Assembly (NCBI GenBank): GCA_965231095.1
Contig: OZ246416.1
Location: 805,595-869,594 of the forward strand
Reading direction: 5' to 3'
DNA from: an uncultured Gammaproteobacteria bacterium
GTDB taxonomy: Bacteria; Patescibacteriota; Patescibacteriia; XYB2-FULL-38-15
Length of the DNA stretch: 64,000 nucleotides
Shown here: positions 30,330 through 41,239 of the stretch, piece by piece
How the letters are laid out: every line of letters begins with the position of its first letter
Position numbering within the stretch: the first letter of the stretch is position 1
The notes under the pieces: generated by a model
Database searches by the model: none
Told to the model about the DNA's origin: nothing
What the model saw: only the letters and a program-made list of their open reading frames with translations
Translations under genes and position numbers: made by a program

Positions 30330-30935
30330 ATGGACCATCCTAAAAAAGAACGAACTTTCGTTATTATCAAACCCGACGGAATCCAGAGAACTTTAATCGG
30401 GGAAATTATTCATCGCTATGAACGGACGGGGTTGAAATTGGTGGCGCTCAAGATGGCTACTCCCGACGCAAAAACCGTGGAGAAACACTACATGGTTGAT
30501 CCGGATTGGATTAGAAAAGTTGGAGAAAAATCAATTATTTCTTATGAAAAAAAAGGGCTTGTGGCGCCGTTCAAAGATCCGGAAGAATGCGGCCGGGCGG
30601 TTTTGGGGCGGCTTAAAAAATATTTAACGACCGGGCCGGTGATCGCCATGGTTTGGCAGGGGAATAAGGCGGTGGGAATTATCAGAAAACTTACCGGTGG
30701 AACAGAGCCGTTAACTTCTGATGTCGGAACGATCCGCGGCGACCTTACGATCGATTCTTACGACATGAGTGATTTGGACGACCGGGCAATCAGAAATTTA
30801 ATTCACGCTTCAGGCAGCGTGGAAGAAGCGGAAAAAGAAATTGCCATTTGGTTTCGGGAAAATGAAATTTTTAATTATAATCTTGTGTTGGAAAAAATGT
30901 TGTACGACGTGAATATCGACGGGATAATGGAGTAG
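30330..30935 (+). CDS. ndk: Nucleoside diphosphate kinase
   Basis: ERTFVIIKPDG, GTIRGD, NLIHASGS. Confidence 0.95.
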   Translation: MDHPKKERTFVIIKPDGIQRTLIGEIIHRYERTGLKLVALKMATPDAKTVEKHYMVDPDWIRKVGEKSIISYEKKGLVAPFKDPEECGRAVLGRLKKYLTTGPVIAMVWQGNKAVGIIRKLTGGTEPLTSDVGTIRGDLTIDSYDMSDLDDRAIRNLIHASGSVEEAEKEIAIWFRENEIFNYNLVLEKMLYDVNIDGIME

Positions 30936-30974
30936 TTTTTGACAGATTTTTTCTGTGCGATAAAATATTGATAT

Positions 30975-31052
30975 ATGAAAATCGTTTCCCAAAATTATTT
31001 TACTTTCTGGTTTTTTACTCCGAATTGTCGGGACGGTTTTCCAATTTGCTAA
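30975..31052 (+). CDS. Putative leader peptide MKIVSQNYFTFWFFTPNCRDGFPIC
   Basis: Starts just after promoter TTGACA-16-TAAAAT (30939-30966); aromatic cluster; overlaps the antiterminator arm. Confidence 0.45.
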   Translation: MKIVSQNYFTFWFFTPNCRDGFPIC

Positions 31053-31072
31053 AATAAATTAAATTTTCGCAA

Positions 31073-31102
31073 AAACCGCTCCGACAAAAATCGGAGCGGT
31101 TT
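31073..31102 (+). terminator. Attenuator-like terminator hairpin
   Basis: AAACCGCTCCGA-CAAAAA-TCGGAGCGGTTT. Confidence 0.6.
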
Positions 31103-31187
31103 AAATTTGGGCAGCTGGGGAAAGATCCAATAAATTTTTCCCGAACTGCCAAAACATCATCTTCCTTGAGGAAAGGAGAAAGAAGAG

Positions 31188-31343
31188 ATGGACGGAGATA
31201 GGGAAAATAGTGGAGACACGGGCCGTGGCGATGGCCAAGAGACTACCGCAGAAGCGGCGGCGGAGCAGAGTGCGGTGAAAAACGAACGAGAATTGCGTTC
31301 GTTCGAAGAACGCCTCGTCGGCCACGACGGCATCTACGTCTAG
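31188..31343 (+). CDS. 51-aa acidic orphan peptide (GC-rich)
   Basis: SD AAGGAG; MDGDRENSGD..GHDGIYV; terminator at 31395-31430. Confidence 0.45.
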   Translation: MDGDRENSGDTGRGDGQETTAEAAAEQSAVKNERELRSFEERLVGHDGIYV

Positions 31344-31539
31344 CGATTCGGCGTAAAAGGAGGTTACGCCGGAAAAAGGGAAAGAGCAGTTCTTCGGGCC
31401 TAGCGCATTTGCGTTAGGCCCGTTTTTTTTGGAACAAAAGCGTAAAAAATCCGCGAAGGCGCGAAATTAGGTTGGAGCTGCGGGGATTATTGCGAGTTAT
31501 CTATAATTCATTTATACTAAAAGAAATCGTGATTTCAGT

Positions 31540-31610
31540 CGGGGTGTAGTCTAACGGTAGGACGCACCCTTGGGGTGGGTGTAACCCGGGTTCAATTCCC
31601 GGCACCCCGA
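31540..31610 (+). tRNA. tRNA-Pro(GGG)
   Basis: CGGGGTG acceptor, CACCC-TTGGGGT-GGGTG, GGTTCAATTCC; promoter TTGCGA-17-TATACT at 31490-31518. Confidence 0.92.
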
Positions 31611-31645
31611 CTGAGATCACGATGGGGATCAAAATAATTGATTTT

Positions 31646-31732
31646 ATGAAAATAGAAAAGAAAATTTGGCCGGAATTTTTCACGCCGGAAGAAGTAGAAA
31701 AATATGGTTGGCAGATAATTTCTTTTAAATAA
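31646..31732 (+). pseudogene. Internally deleted DUF3850/ASCH-like gene remnant
   Basis: MKIEKKIWPEFF joined directly to TPEEVEKYGWQIISFK, resembling the two termini of that family as recalled. Confidence 0.55.
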
Positions 31733-31733
31733 T

Positions 31734-32336
31734 ATGAAAAAAATTTTTACTTATGTCGGAGTGGTGCTCGTGATTTTTGCGATTGGCATTGTTGCCGGTT
31801 GGTGGGGGACAGGGCGTATTGCCGAGCCGCGGGTGACAAGTCAGGTGATTTTATCGGCGCTGCGCGACCGAGGATTTCTCGTGACGCAGAGTTTTGTTTT
31901 TAATGAAAATATAAAAATTACGAGCGACCCGAATAGTTTTTGGCGGCAGATGCTTTGGGGGCAAGCGATAAATGCATATGGAATTGCGGAAGTGAATCTT
32001 GGGGTAGATTTAGCAAAACTTGGTGAGGACGACGTGAAAGTGGAAACGGAAAAAGTGACAGTTTCAATTCCTGCGGTAGAAATTTTTAATTCGCGAATTG
32101 TTGGAGATATAAATTTAGAAAATAAACAGGGAATTTTGAAAAGAATTTTTGAGTGGGACGACGGATATAATCAAGCCGTGGCCGAGATGATAAAACAAGC
32201 GGAAGAAAACGCCACGACTTCGGAAATGCTCGCGGCCGCAAATACTAAAGCACAAGACGAAATTAAAAGATTGGTGGAATTTATTGTTAAAGATAAAATT
32301 GTAGAAGTGATAATTCAAGAAAATAGGGAGGAATAA
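31734..32336 (+). CDS. DUF4230-like membrane-anchored protein
   Basis: N-terminal TM, GVDL..L, VTVSIP, helical C-terminus. Confidence 0.7.
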   Translation: MKKIFTYVGVVLVIFAIGIVAGWWGTGRIAEPRVTSQVILSALRDRGFLVTQSFVFNENIKITSDPNSFWRQMLWGQAINAYGIAEVNLGVDLAKLGEDDVKVETEKVTVSIPAVEIFNSRIVGDINLENKQGILKRIFEWDDGYNQAVAEMIKQAEENATTSEMLAAANTKAQDEIKRLVEFIVKDKIVEVIIQENREE

Positions 32337-32354
32337 TTTGGGGGTCAGTAATTT

Positions 32355-33359
32355 ATGAAATATAAAGATATGATTTACGGGGAGGTGGAAATTTCCGAGC
32401 CGATTGTTTTAGAACTTTTAGAAAGTCCGACATTTCAGAGGTTAAAGGGGATTGACCAATTTGGGTATTTGCTTGGCTACGCGATCGTTCCGTCTGGTGG
32501 CTTTCCCGGCGGACCAGTTAGCCGTTTTGAGCATTCGGTTGGGGTATTTTTACTTCTTAGAAAATACGGTGCTTCGCCAGAAGAGCAAATCGCCGGCCTC
32601 CTGCATGACGTTTCCCACGCTGTTTTTTCCCACGGTGTCGATTATGCACTGCGCGAAGGTGAAGATGCGGCGAAACAAAGTCATCAAGATGATGTTTTCG
32701 AGGCGTTTGTAAAAAAGTCTGATCTTCCGAGTATTCTTGAAAAATTTGGTTTGGATGTTGATTATATTTTAGACGATAAAAATTTTCCTTTGAAAGAAAA
32801 AGATTCCCCGGATCTTTGCGCCGACAGAATTGATTATTTTTTTCGGGATAGCGTGGATATTGGAGTAATGGACAATAAAACAGCAGAGAATTTTTTAGAA
32901 CATTTGCGGGCGGAAAATAATGTTTGGTTTTTTGATAATTTTGAAACAGCAAAAAAGTATGTTGACTTGTTTTCCGAAATAAATAGAAAATTCTATTGTG
33001 CTTTTGACGATGGTAAAATGTTCGCGGCCGTTGGTGCTTGTTTGCGGTACGCCCTAGAAAAAGGATATTTGACCAAAGATGATCTTTTTACGACCGACGA
33101 CGAGGTAATTGCGAAAATAAAAAGTCATCTGGATGATGAAAGATTGAAATTGCTTTTTGCGCGGATGAATAACCAAATCGGGGCGGAAAATAATCCAGAT
33201 GATTTTGATCAAAGGGTTTTGTGCAAATCGCGGGCAGTTGATCCATTTTTCCGCGATGGTGAAAAATTAAAACGTGTTTCCGAAGTTGATGCGGCTTGGG
33301 CGGCGGCACTTCCCGAAGAAGTAAAACCAAAAGAATATTTTATTAAATTTGAAAAATAA
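32355..33359 (+). CDS. HD-domain phosphohydrolase
   Basis: [30 protein letters not shown]. Confidence 0.88.
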   Translation: MKYKDMIYGEVEISEPIVLELLESPTFQRLKGIDQFGYLLGYAIVPSGGFPGGPVSRFEHSVGVFLLLRKYGASPEEQIAGLLHDVSHAVFSHGVDYALREGEDAAKQSHQDDVFEAFVKKSDLPSILEKFGLDVDYILDDKNFPLKEKDSPDLCADRIDYFFRDSVDIGVMDNKTAENFLEHLRAENNVWFFDNFETAKKYVDLFSEINRKFYCAFDDGKMFAAVGACLRYALEKGYLTKDDLFTTDDEVIAKIKSHLDDERLKLLFARMNNQIGAENNPDDFDQRVLCKSRAVDPFFRDGEKLKRVSEVDAAWAAALPEEVKPKEYFIKFEK

Positions 33360-33372
33360 ATTTTTAAAAATT

Positions 33373-34614
33373 ATGGCGACCATTAAATCAATCCGCGCGA
33401 GAGAAATTTTAGATTCGCGCGGCAATCCGACGATTGAAGTGGAAGTGGGCGTGGAAAATGGGAAGGGTACGGCTTCAGTTCCCTCCGGCGCGTCAACCGG
33501 AATTTATGAAGCGCTCGAACTTCGTGATGGCGATAAAAAAAGATATGGTGGAAAAGGAGTTTTAAAAGCCGTAAGAAATGTTAACGAAACCATCGCGAGT
33601 GCGGTGGTGGGGAAAAATTTAAATCAGCGACAGCTGGATGAATTTTTAATTGAACTTGATGGGACAAAAAATAAAACGCGACTCGGAGCGAATGCCATCT
33701 TGGGAGTGTCTTTGGCTTTCGCCCGGGCGGCCGCGGCGGAAAGTGGCGTGGAATTATACGAATATCTCGGGGGGTTAGTGAACAACAAAAAATTCATCTT
33801 GCCCGTGCCGATGATGAATATTGTAAACGGCGGCAAACATGCCGACAGCGGTCTTGATCCCCAAGAGTTTATGATTATGCCGATAAATTTTTCTAATTTC
33901 CATGAGCGCTTACGCGCCGGTTCGGAAATTTTTCATACCTTAAAAGATTTGTTAAAGAAAAAAGGATATGAAACCGGCGTGGGGGACGAAGGCGGGTTTG
34001 CCCCGCGGCTTCCGTCAAATGAAAAAGCATTGGATTTAATTGTGGAAGCCATAAAAAAATCCGGCTATACTGGAAAAGTAAAAATTGGCATGGACGTGGC
34101 CGCTTCGAGTTTTTATGAAAAGGGAATTTATAAATTAAAAATTTCCGGCCGAGAAAAAAAGTTGAAGAGCAAAGAATTGATGGAGTGGTATAAAAAATTA
34201 TTGGCAAAATATCCGATTGTTTCCATTGAAGATCCTTTTGCCGAAGACGATTGGGCGGCGTTTGCCGAGATGACAAAATTGGTTGGCAAAAAAGTAAAAA
34301 TTGTTGGTGATGATTTGTTGGTGACAAATATTCTACGGATAAAAATGGCGATTGATAAAAAGGCCGTCAATTCCGTGCTCATCAAATTAAATCAGATTGG
34401 CTCGCTTTCAGAAACCATTGACGCTATCCAGATGACAGCAAAACAAGGATGGTCGGCAATTGTCTCACACCGCTCCGGGGAAACAGAAGATTCATTTATT
34501 GCCGATCTCGTGGTCGGCCTTGGAGCTCCATACATCAAAACCGGCTCGCTTTCGCGGAGTGAAAGAATTTGTAAATATAACCGGTTGATGTGGATTGAGG
34601 ATAGATTGAAATAA
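33373..34614 (+). CDS. eno: Enolase
   Basis: [31 protein letters not shown]. Confidence 0.97.
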   Translation: MATIKSIRAREILDSRGNPTIEVEVGVENGKGTASVPSGASTGIYEALELRDGDKKRYGGKGVLKAVRNVNETIASAVVGKNLNQRQLDEFLIELDGTKNKTRLGANAILGVSLAFARAAAAESGVELYEYLGGLVNNKKFILPVPMMNIVNGGKHADSGLDPQEFMIMPINFSNFHERLRAGSEIFHTLKDLLKKKGYETGVGDEGGFAPRLPSNEKALDLIVEAIKKSGYTGKVKIGMDVAASSFYEKGIYKLKISGREKKLKSKELMEWYKKLLAKYPIVSIEDPFAEDDWAAFAEMTKLVGKKVKIVGDDLLVTNILRIKMAIDKKAVNSVLIKLNQIGSLSETIDAIQMTAKQGWSAIVSHRSGETEDSFIADLVVGLGAPYIKTGSLSRSERICKYNRLMWIEDRLK

Positions 34615-34698
34615 TTAGTAGCGAGTAATTGGTAATTTTCAAAAACTCCGCCCTAAATGGCGGAGTTTTAATTTATGAGATATAATTGATGAAACGGT

Positions 34699-34872
34699 TT
34701 ACTTTGTTTTGCTCATTGTCTTTAAGCAATTCGCGCAAACTTTTTTTCTTTCCCCATCAATTTTTTTGGTTTGTAAATTCAAATAGAGCCGTCTCTTGGA
34801 TTTAATGTTAGAGTGGCTTCTTGAAGCAGAACTGAGCGGACCTTTGCCGCAAACATCGCAACGTCTGGACAT
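34699..34872 (-). CDS. rpmB: 50S ribosomal protein bL28
   Basis: Hand translation MSRRCDVCGKGP..SHSNIKSKR..NLQ..VCANCLKT (57 aa, below the ORF-track cutoff). Confidence 0.93.
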   Translation of the reverse strand: MSRRCDVCGKGPLSSASRSHSNIKSKRRLYLNLQTKKIDGERKKVCANCLKTMSKTK

Positions 34873-34948
34873 ACAAGTATAAAAATGTTTAAGAGTTATT
34901 TAAGAAGATTATCAGAAAGATGTTTTATAGTCAATAGAAGAGTTTAAA

Positions 34949-35062
34949 ATTTTCAATTTTCAAGGCTCAATTTTCAAGGAATTTTCAATGATTTAATTAT
35001 CAAAATTGAAAATTGAATAATTTGGTCATTGATTGAAAATTGTAAATTGATAATTGAAAATT
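34949..35062. repeat. Inverted heptamer repeat tract
   Basis: TTTTCAA units mirrored by TTGAAAA units. Confidence 0.7.
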
Positions 35063-35069
35063 AAAATCT

Positions 35070-35717
35070 ATGCTCATAAGTTTACTTTTATCCGCCCCAA
35101 TACTTTTCTTCGCAATTTTTTTCGCGCTTGTTATTTCCATAACTTTCCACGAGTTTTGCCATGTCTTGGCGGCGCGGCTGCAGGGGGACCAGACCGGAGA
35201 GAGGATGGGGCGGCTGACCTTAAATCCTCTGGCGCACCTTGATCTTTGGGGGACCCTGGCTTTGCTTTTTGTCGGTTTTGGTTGGGGGCGCCCGGCGCCA
35301 TACAATCCGTATAATTTAAAAAATCAAAAATACGGGTCGCTACTCGTGGCTCTGGCCGGGCCGGCGTCAAATTTATTTTTGATAATTGTTTTTGGTTTAA
35401 TTTTAAAAATTGTCTACCCGATTCTTGGGCCGGTGAATTATTTGACGATTTTTTTGGCCGCGCTTGTTGGTTTCAATGGGGTTTTAATGGTATTTAACTT
35501 AATTCCCATCCCGCCGCTCGACGGTTCGCATCTTTTGCATCTTATCGTAGACCGCCGTTGGCCGAATATCAGCCAGTTTATGGATATTTATGGGCCGCAA
35601 ATTTTGCTTGGACTTGTGGTTATGAGTTGGCTTTTTAACATTCCGGTGTTTAGTTATATAATTGATCCGATTTTATCTTTGATTAACAGAATTTTTGGCA
35701 TTCCGGGAATTTTTTAG
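35070..35717 (+). CDS. Site-2 protease (M50 family)
   Basis: HEFCH, LAGPASN, NLIPIPPLDG. Confidence 0.92.
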   Translation: MLISLLLSAPILFFAIFFALVISITFHEFCHVLAARLQGDQTGERMGRLTLNPLAHLDLWGTLALLFVGFGWGRPAPYNPYNLKNQKYGSLLVALAGPASNLFLIIVFGLILKIVYPILGPVNYLTIFLAALVGFNGVLMVFNLIPIPPLDGSHLLHLIVDRRWPNISQFMDIYGPQILLGLVVMSWLFNIPVFSYIIDPILSLINRIFGIPGIF

Positions 35718-35777
35718 AAAGCCCTTGACGACCGTAGGGGATTTGTGTAATATTTACAGTATAAGAAAAAGATAGGT

Positions 35778-35872
35778 TCATCTTGAACGAGTTCCACATT
35801 ATTGAGTGGGATGTGGCTAATTTCCCACTCTGCATCAGGATGACAAAATTTTTCGATTTTTTGTCATTTTTG
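35778..35872 (+). promoter_or_regulatory. Structured rpsL leader (pseudoknot plus alternative terminator)
   Basis: CCACAT/ATGTGG and GAGTGGG/CCCACTC interleaved; TCATCTTGA/TCAGGATGA competes with ATGACAAAA/TTTTGTCAT + T run. Confidence 0.6.
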
Positions 35873-35894
35873 TTTACAAAAAAATAAATAAACT

Positions 35895-36311
35895 ATGCCT
35901 ACCATAAATCAACTCATCAAAAAAGGAAGAAAACCAAATCTTAAAAAAACTAAGACGCCGGCTCTTCAGTCGGTTTTGGATACACTTCACCGAAAAAGAA
36001 AAGAACTACAAAAAGGCGCTTCTTTCAAGCGCGGCGTTTGTCTTAAAGTAACAACCGTTACTCCTAAAAAACCAAACTCCGCGTTGCGGAAAATTTGCCG
36101 CGTCAGATTATCGAACGGTATGGAAGTCACGGCCTATATTCCGGGAGTTGGCCACAATCTGCAGGAACACTCAATTGTTTTGGTCCGCGGCGGACGTGTT
36201 AAAGATTTGCCTGGTGTTAGATATCACGTTATTCGTGGCGTTTATGATACTCAGGGGGTGGAAGGTCGAAAGAAAGGAAGATCGCTTTACGGCGCGAAAA
36301 GAGGAAAATAA
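35895..36311 (+). CDS. rpsL: 30S ribosomal protein uS12
   Basis: [28 protein letters not shown]. Confidence 0.99.
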   Translation: MPTINQLIKKGRKPNLKKTKTPALQSVLDTLHRKRKELQKGASFKRGVCLKVTTVTPKKPNSALRKICRVRLSNGMEVTAYIPGVGHNLQEHSIVLVRGGRVKDLPGVRYHVIRGVYDTQGVEGRKKGRSLYGAKRGK

Positions 36312-36340
36312 TTTAACTTTTTAAACCAAAATAAAATAAT

Positions 36341-36811
36341 ATGAGAGGCAAGAAAGCACCAAAGAGAAAAATTCTTCCCGATCCAAAATATAAAAGTTTG
36401 AATCTTGCGAAGTTTATTAATTATATAATGGAAAGAGGAAAAAAGACCGTAGCGCAGGGAATTGTCTACGGAGCTTTTGATATCTTGAAAGAAAAAACAA
36501 AGCAAGATCCTTTGGAAATTTTTGATCAGGCGACAAGAAACGTCACTCCGGCGCTTGAAGTTAAAAGCCGACGCGTGGGCGGCGCCAATTATCAAATTCC
36601 GATTCCGGTTCGCGGCGAACGAAAAGTCTATTTGGCATACCATTGGATTATTGACGCGGCGCGGCGCAAAAAAGGAAAACCGATGGCGGAAAAATTAGCC
36701 AATGAATTGAATGATGCCTATCAAAATCAGGGCGATGCCATAAAAAAGAAGTTGGATGTTCACCGCATGGCCGAAGCCAACCGAGCCTTTGCTCATTTCG
36801 CGAGATTTTAA
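36341..36811 (+). CDS. rpsG: 30S ribosomal protein uS7
   Basis: [21 protein letters not shown]. Confidence 0.99.
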   Translation: MRGKKAPKRKILPDPKYKSLNLAKFINYIMERGKKTVAQGIVYGAFDILKEKTKQDPLEIFDQATRNVTPALEVKSRRVGGANYQIPIPVRGERKVYLAYHWIIDAARRKKGKPMAEKLANELNDAYQNQGDAIKKKLDVHRMAEANRAFAHFARF

Positions 36812-36826
36812 TTTTTGCAAATATTT

Positions 36827-38908
36827 ATGCCTAGACAATATACCCAAGAACAAACTCGTAATATTGGTATCATTGCCCATATTGATGCCGGAAAAACTAC
36901 TGTTTCCGAGCGCGTCTTGTATTACACCGGTAAAAAACATAAAATTGGCGAGGTGCACGAAGGCGCCGCGGAAATGGACTGGATGGAACAGGAGCGCGAA
37001 CGCGGTATTACCATCACCGCCGCGGCCACCACTTGTTTTTGGAAAGACGTACGCATCAATTTGATTGATACTCCCGGCCACATTGATTTTACTGTTGAAG
37101 TAAAAAGATCTTTGCGCGTCCTGGACGGCGCGGTTGTCATTTTTGACGGCGTGGCTGGCGTGGAACCGCAATCGGAAACTAACTGGCATTACGCCGATGG
37201 ATACAACGTCCCGCGCATGTGTTTTATAAATAAATTGGATCGCACCGGCGCGGATTTTTATAAAGACGTGGCCTCAATCCATGAACGGCTTACAAAAAAC
37301 GCCTATCCTTTGCAATTACCGATCGGCATAGAAGCAAATTTTCGCGGCATCATTGATCTTTTAACTCGAAAAACCTATATCTATCATGACGAAATGGGAA
37401 AAGATATTTCCGAAGAAGAAATTCCGGCGGACATGAAAGATAAAGCCGAAGAATATCGAGCGAAATTAATTGAAGCCATCGTGGAAAACGACGAAGCTTT
37501 GATGAACAAATATTTGGCCGGAGAAGATATCCCAGTTGCTGATTTGAAAAAAGTTTTGCGCAAGGCCGTGATCGCGAACAATATTGTTCCGATCCTTTGT
37601 GGCAGCGCCTTGAAAAATAAGGGCGTGCAGTTTATGCTTGACGCGGTGGCGGATTATTTGCCCTCGCCGCTTGACGTTCCGCCGATTGAAGCGTTTGATC
37701 CGAAAGATCCTGAGAAAAAAATTATTCGCAAACCGACTGACGATGAACCTTTTACCGCCCTGGCTTTTAAAGTTGCTTCAGATCCGTATGTTGGAAAACT
37801 TTGTTTTTTTAGAGTTTATGCCGGAACAATCAAGGCCGGATCATATGTTTTGAATGTCAGTAACGGTGATCGGGAAAGAATCGGCCGCATTGTTCGGATG
37901 CATGCCAATCACCGCGAAGACGTTGATGAAGTTTACGCCGGAGAAATCGCCGCGGCCGTTGGTTTGAAAAATACTTTTACCGGCCATACTCTGGCCGATC
38001 CGGATCACCCGGCTTTGCTTGAATCAATTGTCTTTCCGGAACCGGTTATTGATATTGCCGTTGAGCCGAAGACCAAGGCTGACCAGGAAAAAATGGGTGT
38101 TGCTCTCCAAAAATTGGCAGAAGAAGATCCGACTTTCCGCGTCAGAACCGACGAAGAAACTCTGCAGACGATTATCGCGGGCATGGGCGAATTGCATTTG
38201 GATATTATTGTTGATCGCATGAAAAGAGAGTTTAAAGTGGAAGCCAATGTGGGTAAGCCGCAAGTTGCTTATAAAGAAACTATTACAAAGTCTGCCGAAG
38301 CTGAAGGAAAATATATCAGACAGTCCGGCGGCCGCGGCCAATACGGCCACTGCTGGCTTAGAGTTGAGCCGAATGAAAAAGGAAAGGGTTTTGAATTTAT
38401 TGATGAAATTAAGGGCGGCGTGGTTCCTAAAGAATACATTGCCCCAATCGGCAAGGGCGCTAAAGAAGCCCTGGAAAAAGGAATTTTGGCCGGCTATCCC
38501 GTGATTGATGTAAAAGCTACAGTTTTTGACGGCTCATTTCATGAAGTTGACTCTTCGGAAGCAGCTTTCAAAATTGCCGGATCTTTGGCCGTTCAAGATG
38601 GCGCGAAAAAAGCAGGATTGGTTTTGCTTGAACCGATGATGAAAGTGGAAGTTTTAACCCCGGAACAATTTATGGGAGAAGTAATTGGTGATTTGAATTC
38701 CAAGCGCGGACAAATTCAAGAAATGCGCGATCGAAGCGGCATTAAAGTTATTGATGCCATGGTTCCGCTCGCGGAAATGTTTGGTTACGCCACTTCTCTT
38801 CGTTCCATGACTCAAGGCCGAGCTTCATACAATATGGAATTTGCAAATTACGCCGAGGTGCCGAGAAATGTCGCCGAAACAATTATTGGAGAAAGAGTAA
38901 AAAAATAA
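36827..38908 (+). CDS. fusA: Elongation factor G
   Basis: [28 protein letters not shown]. Confidence 0.99.
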   Translation: MPRQYTQEQTRNIGIIAHIDAGKTTVSERVLYYTGKKHKIGEVHEGAAEMDWMEQERERGITITAAATTCFWKDVRINLIDTPGHIDFTVEVKRSLRVLDGAVVIFDGVAGVEPQSETNWHYADGYNVPRMCFINKLDRTGADFYKDVASIHERLTKNAYPLQLPIGIEANFRGIIDLLTRKTYIYHDEMGKDISEEEIPADMKDKAEEYRAKLIEAIVENDEALMNKYLAGEDIPVADLKKVLRKAVIANNIVPILCGSALKNKGVQFMLDAVADYLPSPLDVPPIEAFDPKDPEKKIIRKPTDDEPFTALAFKVASDPYVGKLCFFRVYAGTIKAGSYVLNVSNGDRERIGRIVRMHANHREDVDEVYAGEIAAAVGLKNTFTGHTLADPDHPALLESIVFPEPVIDIAVEPKTKADQEKMGVALQKLAEEDPTFRVRTDEETLQTIIAGMGELHLDIIVDRMKREFKVEANVGKPQVAYKETITKSAEAEGKYIRQSGGRGQYGHCWLRVEPNEKGKGFEFIDEIKGGVVPKEYIAPIGKGAKEALEKGILAGYPVIDVKATVFDGSFHEVDSSEAAFKIAGSLAVQDGAKKAGLVLLEPMMKVEVLTPEQFMGEVIGDLNSKRGQIQEMRDRSGIKVIDAMVPLAEMFGYATSLRSMTQGRASYNMEFANYAEVPRNVAETIIGERVKK

Positions 38909-38912
38909 TTTT

Positions 38913-39227
38913 ATGAAAGAAATTTTTGACAGACTTTTTAGTCTGATAAAAAGGACAGGGGACAGGGTTGTTTTTTACGATTCGGCAAAAGGCGACGCTT
39001 ACGTAATGATGAAGATGGAAGATTACGAGAAAATGACGGAAAACCGGCCGACGGCTGAAGACTTGACAAATTTTCGCGCACCAGATAAAATAGAAAAAAT
39101 AAATCAGGATATTGCAATGTGGCGCGAAGAGGTAAAAGACACGGTTGATGACGTTCTTCCCGTACCCGAAGAGACCCTGGAAAAAAAAGAAGAGGAAAGC
39201 CAATTTTATTTTGAACCGGTAGAGTAG
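38913..39227 (+). CDS. Hypothetical protein between fusA and tuf
   Basis: 104 aa, 4 nt after fusA; YVMMKMEDYE motif, acidic C-terminus FYFEPVE. Confidence 0.75.
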   Translation: MKEIFDRLFSLIKRTGDRVVFYDSAKGDAYVMMKMEDYEKMTENRPTAEDLTNFRAPDKIEKINQDIAMWREEVKDTVDDVLPVPEETLEKKEEESQFYFEPVE

Positions 39228-39256
39228 TTGCCAAAAAAATAAATAAGTATTATAAT
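39228..39256 (+). promoter_or_regulatory. sigma70 promoter of tuf
   Basis: TTGCCA-17-TATAAT. Confidence 0.7.
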
Positions 39257-39336
39257 TTAAAATAGTCTTAAAATTATTAATTTGCGGCTGGATAAAACCC
39301 TGAAGAAATCAGGGGTCGCGTAAGGAGTTTTAAAGT

Positions 39337-40527
39337 ATGGCAGAAAAATTTGACAGAGCAAAACCCCACGTGAATGTGGGTACAATCGGCCATGTTGACC
39401 ATGGCAAAACCACTTTGACTGCAGCTATGTTAGCAGTGCTTAGAGCACACGGCGGAGTCGCGCAGGAAAAGGGCGTTGATGATTTGGATAAAGCCCCAGA
39501 ATCAAAAGCCCGTGGTATTACCATTGCTACCGCGCACGTTGAATATGAAACCGAGAAACGTCACTACGCGCACGTTGACTGTCCAGGTCATGCCGATTAC
39601 ATTAAAAATATGATTACCGGTGCGGCCCAGATGGACGGCGCGATTTTGGTCGTTTCCGCGACTGACGGCCCAATGCCGCAGACTCGCGAGCACATCTTGT
39701 TGGCTCGCCAGGTCGGTGTTCCTTATATTGTTGTCTTTTTAAATAAAGTTGATATGGTTGAAGATAAGGAATTGATTGATTTGGTTGAAGAAGAAGTTAG
39801 AGATCTTTTGAAAAAATATGAATTTCCTGGCGACACCACTCCGATCATCCGTGGTTCTGCCTTGAAAGCCCTTCAAAATCCAAATGATGAAGAAGCTATT
39901 AAACCAATTTTGGAACTTTTGAAAAATTTAGACGAATATATTCCTGAACCTCAACGTGAAATTGATAAGCCATTTTTGATGCCGGTTGAAGACATTTTCT
40001 CGATTGAAGGTCGCGGCACAGTCGTGACCGGAAGAATTGAGAGAGGTATGGTTAAGTTAAATGATGAAATGGAGATCGTCGGCATGAAAGATACTCAGAA
40101 GACCGTAGTGACTGGCATTGAAATGTTTAACAAATCTTTGGACGAAGGGCGCGCTGGCGATAATGCCGGTATTTTGCTCCGCGGTACAAAGAAAGAAGAG
40201 GTTGAGCGCGGTCAGGTTTTGGCCAAGCCGGGTTCAGTCACACCTCACACCGAATTTGAAGCTGAAGTTATTGCCTTAACCAAAGAAGAAGGCGGTCGTC
40301 ACAAACCATTTTTCAAAGGATACAAACCGCAATTCTATATTAGAACTACGGATGTTACCGGCGAAGTGGAATTGCCCGCGGGCACAGAAATGGTTATGCC
40401 TGGCGATACGGTTAGTTTGAAAATCAAATTGATTGTGCCGGTGGCGCTTGAAGAAAAACAAAAGTTTGCTATCCGCGAAGGCGGCAAAACCGTCGGCGCC
40501 GGCGTGGTGACTAAAATTATAAAATAA
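39337..40527 (+). CDS. tuf: Elongation factor Tu
   Basis: [21 protein letters not shown]. Confidence 0.99.
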   Translation: MAEKFDRAKPHVNVGTIGHVDHGKTTLTAAMLAVLRAHGGVAQEKGVDDLDKAPESKARGITIATAHVEYETEKRHYAHVDCPGHADYIKNMITGAAQMDGAILVVSATDGPMPQTREHILLARQVGVPYIVVFLNKVDMVEDKELIDLVEEEVRDLLKKYEFPGDTTPIIRGSALKALQNPNDEEAIKPILELLKNLDEYIPEPQREIDKPFLMPVEDIFSIEGRGTVVTGRIERGMVKLNDEMEIVGMKDTQKTVVTGIEMFNKSLDEGRAGDNAGILLRGTKKEEVERGQVLAKPGSVTPHTEFEAEVIALTKEEGGRHKPFFKGYKPQFYIRTTDVTGEVELPAGTEMVMPGDTVSLKIKLIVPVALEEKQKFAIREGGKTVGAGVVTKIIK

Positions 40528-40582
40528 TTTATCGTTCTTATCCCGCTCCCGAAAAAATCGGGGGCGGGACCCAACAAACAAA

Positions 40583-40927
40583 ATGGAAAACAAAACTCCT
40601 GAAAAAGCAGAAAAAGAAGAGGTACGAGCAAGGATCAGAATTAAGATCCGAGCCTACGATCATAAAATTATTGATCAGTCGGCAAAGACTATTATTGAAA
40701 CAGCCCTAAGATCCGGTGCTTCAATTTCCGGTCCGACACCTCTGCCAACCGAGATTAGAAAGTATACGGTCAACCGTTCAACTTTTGTCCATAAGGACGC
40801 TCGGGAACAGTACGAAATGCGGACGCACAAGAGATTGATTGATATTTTGGAGCCTACGCCGAAAACAGTTGATGCTTTAACTAACTTGGCGCTTCCGGCC
40901 GGAGTAGACGTAGAAATAAAAATGTAA
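40583..40927 (+). CDS. rpsJ: 30S ribosomal protein uS10
   Basis: [26 protein letters not shown]. Confidence 0.98.
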   Translation: MENKTPEKAEKEEVRARIRIKIRAYDHKIIDQSAKTIIETALRSGASISGPTPLPTEIRKYTVNRSTFVHKDAREQYEMRTHKRLIDILEPTPKTVDALTNLALPAGVDVEIKM

Positions 40928-40957
40928 GTTAATTAGTTTGGGGAGAGTAAAGAAAGA

Positions 40958-41239
40958 TGTCCTGGCCCCTTTGAGAAAGAATGAAAAGTCGTTCTTTCTC
41001 AAAGGGGGCGGACAAAACCTCTACTGGCCCTTGAAACTATTTGGAAGGTTAACAATTAACCAAGAAACAACAACAACTTATAATCCGGACTTCACTAACC
41101 GGCTTTAAGTTCGGTTTTTTGTTTTATAAAGTGGAACAACGGAATTATGCCGAGTAGCGCAAATTGGCGTGGTGATAGCGTTTTGTGGCGGGGGAGCAAG
41201 AGAAGCCATTAAACGCCGTTCTGACGCCAGAGTACGCTA
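40958..41239 (+). promoter_or_regulatory. Structured intergenic RNA between rpsJ and rplC
   Basis: ~20-bp hairpin at 40958-41014 and nested long hairpin at 41155-41239. Confidence 0.5.

Noticed and set aside
34949-35062. CRISPR array
   Set aside because: Short degenerate heptamers without unique spacers; no cas genes in the window.
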